NCBI GenBank assembly: GCA_054661495.1
Contig: BAAFSQ010000064.1
Span: 1 to 32,000, forward strand
Reading direction: 5' to 3'
Origin: Zygophlyctis sp. KS116
Taxonomy: Eukaryota > Fungi > Chytridiomycota
Length of the DNA stretch: 32,000 nt
In this document: piece by piece, positions 1-8,269 of the stretch
How the letters are laid out: each line of letters starts with the position of its first letter
Position numbering within the stretch: the stretch's first letter is position 1
Translations under genes and position numbers: made by a program
Notes under the pieces: model-generated
Database searches by the model: none
What the model saw: the letters and a program-made list of their open reading frames with translations, nothing else
Told to the model about the DNA's origin: nothing

Positions 1-812
1 TCAAGTTTGAAATAAAACAGTTTGAAACTCTACATAATCCCAAAGGAAAAATTGTAATCCCAGTATTATTCTTCAAAATACTATAATGATTAGTCTAAAT
101 AGTTTTACATATTTTCCAAATTCTTAAAATTTATTAAACTCTTTAGATCCCCCTCTAATCTAGACCCAGAAATACTTAAATCTCTCAAAGAATCACGCAA
201 AACCTCCAATTCAGACAAATCCAGCACAGAGTTTTCCAAACTTAAAGACTCTAAAGACAATCCTATAAATTCCTTTAAATTTGCATCTTTTAGAGATCTA
301 TTATATTTAGAAACTTTTTTTTAATTTTACAGTTTTACAATTTCCAAATCCAGACATTTCACGCCCTCCCATTCACAAACATTCCATTTTTTAGTTTTAG
401 TAAAATCACTTGTAATACTAGTAGAATCAGTCAAAGCACTCATTAAACATGCATTCCTTACAAATACAGACTGTACTCCCAAATCAAAACAACATGGAAT
501 CGTATAGCCTAGACTAAAAAAGTTGAAAGAGATCAGAGCCATATTACAGACTTGTCTAGTGGCAATTTCAGAAATATTTAAAGGAGATCCAATCTGTTTA
601 CCATCAGGAGACACTACTGTCCGATAAAGGCCATTGTCTGATTTATCAGCATCGTGCGCAGTAAATTTCAAAGTTTGAAAGAGAAATACATTTAAAATCA
701 CTAAATTCACAAACATCAAGATCAGCAAGAGTATTAAACACATGCATGACAAGATCCTACACTTGCTCTTCTTTTCAACATTTGTATGACTGTCCAATGG
801 TTTAGAAAACAT
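1..812 (-). CDS. Membrane-anchored leucine-rich-repeat protein (N-terminal TM helix, LRRNT-like CxWxGVxC cap, LRRs); 3' end runs off the window
   Basis: Hydrophobic stretch CLILLLILMFVNLVILNVFLF and cap motif NVCEWEGVKC. After GT-AG introns 298-330 and 81-108 the frame continues as SLKDANL...LESLSLENSVLDLSEL..LRDLSISGSRLEGDLKSLINFKNLENIILKNN (LxxLxL pattern). Confidence 0.6.
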
Positions 813-907
813 ATCTTACCGTTACCGTTGTAAAATTTGACTTGACACAGATGAGACCTAACCATTCGTTTGGGAATCAAGGGCCAAAGAGAAAATTTCT
901 TTGAGAG

Positions 908-2322
908 ATGGTAAGTTGATGTTTTCCTTTTTACAATAGGATCCTAGTACAGTAAAAGTTAATCGTCCGATGAATTGTTTCATGATCTACAAGAGAGATA
1001 AGAAACATGCCATCCTGGCGTCTAATCCAATGATCAACTTTAGAGATATTTCAAAGATTGTCGCTGATCAGTGGAGAGAAGAGACTCTGGAAGTAAAGGA
1101 TCATTATAAAAATCTGGCTAAAATTGAAATGAAGAATCACCAAGAGAAATATCCAGACTATCGTTTTCCATCTTCAAAGGGAAAACATGGAAAGAAAAAG
1201 GCAAAAGGAATGGCAGAGTCTTTAGTCTTGGAAAAGAAAACTTGTGCTGTTGGAAGACCTAAAAAGGAAGTCAAGGTTACTGATGATAAAAATGAAAAGT
1301 TGCAAGAATATATTGCAAAATTAAAGAATATTAGTGGAATTACTTTTCAAGATTCGCAAGAAAAGAAAAAGGAACAAGGATTTACGATCCCTGATGGGTC
1401 TAATGCTGTTTATAAACATCGGGTTCTTCCTCCTCTGATTCAAAATAGAGCTTTTATGCCAAAAGGGGAGAATAATACTGGATATATTCTTCCTAGACCT
1501 CCACCAAATGTGGGATCTTTGCCCCTAGCTCGTTCAGCCACCATTGTGAATCCACCGGTTTTACCATTGCCAAATTCTATTGGAATCGAGTCTTTGATGA
1601 CTCTTGGTGGACAAAAGGAAAAAGGTTTATTGGAAGCTTGTCTGCAATCAAGAGATTTGGCTTCAGATGTTAAACAGGAAGAATTTACAAATGTGAAAAT
1701 TGAGGATTTCAGGAATAATATTGGAGAAATTTCTGTACAACCGATTCAAAGAGTTGCTACTCCTTCTACTCCACTTCATACATCTTATTCTACTCCAATG
1801 ACTCAAAAGTCATTGATGGCGACTCCAGAATCGAGTCCAAATAATATAATGGAAGGAAATGTATCACAATTTAAGAGTTTTAGACCAATGGCGATTTCTG
1901 AAATTTCTGATTCTTTTTCTTCTGATCGGTCCTCTGCAACTATTCAGGGAAATCCTTCTTATTTTTTAAATGAAGGCTTAAATAATCCAGAGATGTCTTT
2001 AAATCATCAATGTAAGTCTTTTTTAAATTTACTTGAAGTGGACGATGCAACAAATCCTGCAAAAAGAGCCCGTATTAGAGGACCATACCCTCTTCAATGT
2101 GAAATTTGTTCCTCTACTTTTGTTCGGAGACATGATCTTAAAAGACATTTGTTGTTACATTCTGGACTTGGACCATACCGTTGTTCCTGTGGCCGTCATT
2201 TCAGCCGACAAGATTTTTTTGCTCGACATTTACAGTCTTGTCGCTCAAAAATGATCTTATCCCCTCCAGAATCACCAGCACTTTATGTAGATGAATCTAA
2301 TGCACCTACTCAACTCACATGA
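908..2322 (+). CDS. HMG-box (MATA/SOX-TCF type) transcription factor with two C-terminal C2H2-type zinc fingers
   Basis: ATG at 908, intron 911-939, then DPSTVKVNRPMNCFMIY...ISKIVADQW...HQEKYPDYRF (HMG box). C-terminus CEICSSTFVRRHDLKRHLLLHSGLGPYRCSCGRHFSRQDFFARH. Confidence 0.9.
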
Positions 2323-2360
2323 GGGTGTAAATTTGTTATTTTTTATTAAAAAGAATTGTA

Positions 2361-2775
2361 ATGCTTGGTGATTTACCGATTCCTTTTCATCAATTTACAG
2401 AGTCCCTTGAAGACTGTACACTCTATATCCAGATCACTTGCTTAAAAGATTCATTTTGGATTTGGGCGATTGGATCCAATGACCAAACAGAATCCCCATC
2501 TCCAATTGGACCTTTTGCAATGGCCATGCCCACACCATTTGTAATTTTAAACTAAATTACTTTAGGAAAAGTCTTCTCTTGGATCTACTCTCCTTAAGCC
2601 TTCTCTGGATTCTACAAGCGAACAAATGGCAAAACGATTATCAACAAAACTCAAATGTCAAATCATGACTTCTATAAACCAAATCCCAAACGATAAATTA
2701 GCAATTGCAGAAAAACTTATATTGAAGCACTTGGAAAGCCTTAAACATTGTGATACTGTAATACAGCATGCCTAG
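2361..2775 (+). CDS. PSMG4: Proteasome assembly chaperone 4-like protein
   Basis: HQFTESL..LYIQITCLKDSFWIW..GPFAMAMP, 25-nt intron 2541-2565, then STLL..STSEQMAKRLSTKLKCQIMTSIN, which resembles the PAC4 family. Confidence 0.75.
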
Positions 2776-3237
2776 CTCTTTGACCCTTATTATTGATAAA
2801 TAACCATTCCTTTAGATCATTCTTGCGTCCACTCTCTGAAGAATACAAGTATGGAGTTAAAAGAGGAATCTCTGTAATGTCTGTCAGTAGAATTACATGG
2901 CAGTACAACAGATCTGATTTTAGCGGATAGACCAGAGCTGGAGAAATCATAATCTAAATATAAAACGCAACAGACATTACTTGCTTTACCCGCCCCTTGA
3001 AATCGAATCCAGTATTTAACTCTATTCTATTAATGACTGATCCATGAGTTGCCAAGTCTGTATTAATAATTCCAAAATTCTTGGGTTCAAGAACAATTGG
3101 CTTTAGTCCTGCATCCTTTAGACGATCCTAGATATAATTAGGCAAGCGCTTACAGCCTCTTTTTGAATGGTCTCTCTTGTCCAGTTCAATGCATCTAGAT
3201 CTATTTCAAAGTCTTGATCTTCCTGGTCTGAAGCCAT
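2741..3237 (-). CDS. Hypothetical protein, ~147 aa, 3 exons
   Basis: ATG at 3237 (MASDQEDQDFEIDLDALNWTRETIQKEA). Two GT-AG introns (GTAAGC...CTAG, GTAATG...TTAG) join it cleanly to the 2741-2950 ORF. No family recognised. Confidence 0.7.
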
Positions 3238-3404
3238 AGATTTGGGTGACCGTCTAGGTTGGACGCAGAGTCTTTGAGCGGGTTCAAATCACCCGTTGAA
3301 CCCCCAATTAGGATATCATTCAGGGGGGCAGTCCCTGAAATTAATCGTTGAGAGGGTTATTGAAACAAAAGGTAAATAATTGCATTAACTTCTTTGGCTT
3401 GCAA

Positions 3405-4118
3405 ATGAATTTTACAGAGGAAAAGATTAGCCGTCCAATGAATTCTTTTATGCTGTATAAAAGAGATCAAAAGCATGCAATCCTTGCAAAGTATCCTGGG
3501 ATCAATTTCCGTGATGTTTCAAAAATTGTTGCTGATTCATGGAAAAATGAAGATCCTGCTGTAAAGAAGAAATATTCACTTTTGGCTGCAGAGGAATCTA
3601 GGGCTCATAAGCACAAATATCCAAATTATAAATATCCTAGCTCAATTGGGAAGAAGAAGAAGAAGGATCTTGTCAGTAAATTTTACAGTGGTTCAGACGC
3701 AAGTCCAGAACAGTTAATTTTACATGGAAATTATCTTGCATCGGAATATACTTTGCCCACGGATCAATCTTTTCCAATTGAAGACTATAGACAAAGATCA
3801 GTCAAGAATCCTTCATTGTTTCAATTGAATACCTTGAATATCGGACAAAATCTTATGGCTGCGATTCCAAACAGTCCAAAGGATTTATTTGTCGGAACTA
3901 TACCTGTAACAAATACCTTGTTGTCTCCTATTTCATTTTCATTTGAAAGGGATCCTGCTTTGACTTCTTTTTTTAGTTCTTGGGATTTCTCTCAGGTCTC
4001 TCAAGGCTTGAATTCTGGAGGGGTTGATTCTGCTAATAGTAGCATAAAGAATCATCAATCTATTCAAAGTAGTCTGGCTGCTCATCTTCCTGGCCATGGG
4101 TTTTCTGCAACTTTATAA
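3405..4118 (+). CDS. HMG-box (MATA/SOX-TCF type) transcription factor, paralog of the 908-2322 gene
   Basis: MNFTEEKISRPMNSFMLYKRDQKHAILAKYPGINFRDVSKIVADSW...HKHKYPNYKYP, followed by a Ser/Pro-rich tail. Apparently intronless. Confidence 0.9.
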   Translation: MNFTEEKISRPMNSFMLYKRDQKHAILAKYPGINFRDVSKIVADSWKNEDPAVKKKYSLLAAEESRAHKHKYPNYKYPSSIGKKKKKDLVSKFYSGSDASPEQLILHGNYLASEYTLPTDQSFPIEDYRQRSVKNPSLFQLNTLNIGQNLMAAIPNSPKDLFVGTIPVTNTLLSPISFSFERDPALTSFFSSWDFSQVSQGLNSGGVDSANSSIKNHQSIQSSLAAHLPGHGFSATL

Positions 4119-4131
4119 GAAATTATGGATT

Positions 4132-5277
4132 TTAAACGTTTGTTTTTAAAGAGTTTTCCATTCCACGATCAATTGCCTTGAAATGTGCTGAATTTTTAAA
4201 TTCGGAATATAATGTAAACAGTACATGAAGTGCTTCAATCATGTTTGAAGGACTAATTTTTTTTCCTCTTTTATCAATCTTTTCTTGATTTGATGCTACT
4301 GGTATATCAAGTAGCAATGCGATAACGGTGGCATATTCAGCTAAAGAGAGATCAATATCTGGTGAAGGCAATTGAATCTGTAAATTAGTATAATAAAACT
4401 ACAGTTTTTAAAGCCTCTTCAACAGAATCAGGCCAAACTTGCATTAAATCTTCGATATCTGGCATTCTACGTGAGTAATGAACTGAAGCTGGAGGTTTCT
4501 TTTCATGAAGATCTTTAATATTTGTAAGCCAAATATCTAATAATTTTGGATCTTTCTTGAGCTTGATTGTATCCAAGCTTCGGACTGTTCTTGGACCAGC
4601 TGATGACGATTTTGTAATTGCCCTTAAATGTAAATCTAATACTGAAGGATCTGACTGATGAGTCTCTGGTTCATCAAGCACAGTCAAACCAAGCATATCA
4701 TTTTTCTGATCAGGTCTTTTAATCTACTGCTTAATACTTTATAATTACCTTTATAAATGCATCGATATCTCCAATAGCAGGCATATAGTCTGGAAGAAAA
4801 GGCTTTAACTCTGTTTCTAAATCAAATTCTTGGGGAGTATAACGTGAAATGTGCTGAAACATTTCTTTCAGCTCTACAGAAAGAGATTCGTCCGAAAACT
4901 GATTCATATCAAATGCCATGCGATCTCGCTTTGCAGATTCTGGTCGTGATCCAACTGCCCGTGACGTTTTCGGACGTTGAAATGATTGTTGCTCAGTTAT
5001 TTCAGAGTTGGATTTTAAATCTAATTTAGGCGATTGTTCATAAGTTGGCGATGGGTTAGCTGAGCTCTCGGATTGGTTGTGTTCTTCTGTTCTCTATGAG
5101 TTAAGAATCACGTAAATACTTCATCGCTAGGTTGGATATAATCATCATCTAAACTTCTCGTGCGGCTCTTGTTATTGATATATTCTTCTAAAATATTAAA
5201 ATTGAATTTTCCAAACCATTTTCATCATCGCTGATTTCTAACTCATCCTTGAAAAATCCGTTTCCATCTCTAGACAT
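4132..5277 (-). CDS. IFT46: Intraflagellar transport protein 46
   Basis: Acidic N-terminus; YTPQEFDLETELKPFLPDYMPAIGDIDAFIK, LGLTVLDEP..QSDPSVLDL, MPDIEDLMQVWP, IEALHVLFTLYSEFKNSAHF; four short introns. Confidence 0.95.
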
Positions 5278-5289
5278 TTGGGAAAAACA

Positions 5290-5305
5290 CGGTCGAAATC
5301 GACCG
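5290..5305. promoter_or_regulatory. Perfect GC-rich palindrome CGGTCGA-AA-TCGACCG just upstream of the IFT46 start
   Basis: 7-bp inverted repeat, 12 nt upstream of the ATG at 5277. Function is inferred only. Confidence 0.35.
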
Positions 5306-5344
5306 AAACTCACGCTCTTTAATTTCTTGAGTTCAATTCTTGAT

Positions 5345-6923
5345 TTATACAACAGATTCTATATTCCTAATCATCTGGGCAGAGACCGTCGCCTTAATCT
5401 TGTCTCTTAATTCATCAGAAATAGGATCAAAGTTTTTTGGGGATTTTGACCATTCAAAAGCCGCACGCTCTCTCACAGTATCAAATGTTTCCCAATCTGG
5501 AGTTTTCCCATTATCATAGACAGTATTAAATGCATTTTGTGTCTGAGGAGCTGGATAAACAACTGGCAACTGTAAAGTTATAACTTTAGAACTTACCCCA
5601 TCCTGATTATAAACAAGAGCTAGTTCTCCGGGTAAAGAAATCTTTCCAGTTTCGGTTTTTGGGCATTTCATAACATCTCGCTCCTCCCCATTTGCATAAA
5701 CAATCTTGTTAACTTTAGTTGCAAAGCTCATAGTATCACGATGTACTCTTTGAAGAAGACCTCCTCCCATTCCAAAGGCTATATTTTGCGCAGAGAATCC
5801 ACTTTCCTCTGCAGCATTCAAAATAGACTTTATTGTATGAATACTTATTCCATCTCCTTGAATTACTCCAGCACCAGAAAGAACTTTATAGCCTTTTTTA
5901 TTCACAGTAGATCCAAAAACCTTTTCTGCAGCTTTAAGAGCCATCATTACAACTTGTACAGGATCTCCACTGTCTGGTCTCAACACTAAAAACCCTCCTT
6001 TTCTTACTTTTAAATCTGCTATAACTGGCAACAAATTTTCCAATGCGGCTTTATAATCATAAGAATCCATCACGCATGCACAAACACCAGATCCAAAGTT
6101 TTCTAATAATTGTACCATTGCATCTTTTTCTGTCTTGTGCGATGTCATTATAGAATGCTCTGTTGCAGGAATAGAAAAACCTACAGGCTTTCCATTATTC
6201 AAGTGATATTGAACGTAATAAGCAGCAGATAAAGTATCCGTTCCACTAAAATTCAGCTTAAATTAAATCTTGAAAAAGTTACCAAGTGTGACATCCCTCC
6301 AATCACCGATTGCTCTACACTTGTACATCCCCTAAATCCAAAATCGTGAAGTCTAGACTCTAAACTCCACAATCCATCCTCATCCACAGTCTTGGAATAA
6401 GACTCTTCAATCAGATCGCGACAACGTCTTGAAAGAGTCGCAACAGTTGTGGGATACCAAACCATTGTCAGTAAACTTTCCAAGTAAGTTACTAATGGCT
6501 AAAATCTAAAAAATTCTAAAAACGTACCGCATACTCCCTTATAGCAGTAATTTGATATACCGGAACATGCGGATATATCGTTGATCCTTCCTGTAAAGAA
6601 TCAATCTTTACTGGAAAGAATCCATTATTTTCACTAATAAACTTTTGAAAAAGATCTTTTGGAAAAGGAAATTCGCTATTAACATTATGAGTCTTGAAAA
6701 AGTCCGATGCCCTTTCTACATCTTGGATCGTCCATTTTTTAGCCACATAGTTCTCAATGATATAACGAATCCCATAGAATAAGATCCTCTCATCTTTTGG
6801 ATCCTTATCATAAGATGATCTAAACTCCCCATAAGCAATCAGTTTCTGCAGTCCATGAGGAAATAGCTTAAAATGGCAGGCCTTGTAAGAGTCTGTCAGG
6901 AGAGGCAGCGGCAAATCAAACAT
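5345..6923 (-). CDS. NAMPT: Nicotinamide phosphoribosyltransferase (NAMPT/NadV family)
   Basis: [45 protein letters not shown] (after splicing), [35 protein letters not shown]; three introns. Confidence 0.92.
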
Positions 6924-6987
6924 AACCCAACGCTTCCACAAACGCACTCTTCTTGACAGAAACAATGACTGGCCTAGACACTTAAAA

Positions 6988-7341
6988 ATGTCAAAACAGC
7001 GACTTGCACCAGAAGTAAATAGGATCTTATATGTCAGAAACCTTCCCTTCAAACTCTCTGAAGAAGATATGTATGATCTCTTTGGGAAATATGGTCCGAT
7101 CAGACAAATAAGAGTCGGGAATACAAATGAAACAAAGGGAACAGTAAGTTCAAATCACTTATTCTAGGCGTATGTTGCATATGATGATGTTTATGATGCT
7201 AAAAATGCTTGTGATCATCTTTCGGGATTTAATGTCATGGGTCGATATCTGATTGTTTTATATCATAATCCTGCTAAACTAGAGGCTATCAAGGATTTGG
7301 CAAGGGCTGATACTGAACTAAGAGATATGAAGGCTAAATAG
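6988..7341 (+). CDS. SF3B6: U2 snRNP SF3b 14-kDa subunit (p14); absent from the ORF track
   Basis: [52 protein letters not shown] | intron 7144-7167 | [33 protein letters not shown]. Confidence 0.95.
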
Positions 7342-8206
7342 TAAGCTTTAAAACTTCCTCATATACTATCCATGTAAGCATGGATTGTAGAGGTTTACGA
7401 GCTAGTCTTGGTCCAATCCCACTTAAAAATCCTACTAAACCATCCTTGGTTGCAATTGTCATTAAAGTCTTTAAAAATCCCTTGTTTACTATAGGATCAA
7501 GTTGCATTCGTGTTTTTATGACATCAAATGGATGTGTGAGAATTGTAGCAAAAGTCCCAGCAAGAATTCCAGATATTGCATTGTTAACAGTAGGAGGTAA
7601 TTGAGAATTGATTGATTTTTTAAATCTAGAATAAAATGCTACATACATTCCAGCGTAAGGTGCATCTCTAAAAGTAGTTGCTACAAGACCAGAAAAAAGT
7701 CCTCGAACTCCTTGAGACTTTATTATACCGGTTGCTGTTTTAAGAATGCTCGGGCTATTAAGATTTGCCTCAAAACGAGTCTTGATGACAGTGACTGGCA
7801 TGAGAATTGTTCCAGCAGCTATTCTTGCTGATGATCCAGCAACAAAGTTTTGAAATTCCAGAGATACTCTTGGTTCAAATAGCCTCATTCCCCATAAAAA
7901 TGATTCTAAAAAATAAAAATACAGTGCTGATCCAGGCACATTTCTTAAAATAGCTAAAATCAATAATGATTAATCATACTCGGAGTTGTACCCTTCCAAA
8001 AACCACCAAAAGATTCCTTCTTGTATATAGTCTGTATCACCTCTTTAGCGGAAAAATTAGAAGTTTGTAATCTCTATTCATGAAAAAACAATGTTTACAG
8101 TCTTCACCTGAAAATTAAAAAATAATTATACCAGATCAAATGGCTGCAAGATAATGCAATTACTGAGTCCAGCAACACCGCCAGCTATTAAATTATCATA
8201 TCCCAT
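7334..8206 (-). CDS. Mitochondrial carrier, SLC25A38/Hem25-like glycine transporter
   Basis: Three carrier signatures: QPFDLVKTRLQ (built through the 9-nt exon 8099-8107), MPVTVIKTRFE, HPFDVIKTRMQ; also RNVPGSALYF and RDAPYAGMY. Confidence 0.85.
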
Positions 8207-8269
8207 TTTTAAAAACTTGGTAAGGGTTTATCGCAGCTGGCTCCAGTGATGTGAAATGTTATCTATATT

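Noticed and set aside
902-904. Selenocysteine UGA in the uORF or the TOK gene
   Set aside because: No redox-motif context, no conserved Cys position and no identifiable SECIS element.
3244-3300. tRNA gene suggested by GGTTCAAATC (B-box-like) and the GGGTGA/TCACCC stem
   Set aside because: No proper T-stem or anticodon arm, and too short for a cloverleaf. Kept only as an inverted-repeat cluster.
6924-7052. 43-aa N-terminal extension of NAMPT in the ORF track
   Set aside because: It uses a non-ATG start and is the antisense of SF3B6 exon 1 plus the spacer. The ATG at 6923 sits just before LLTDSYK.
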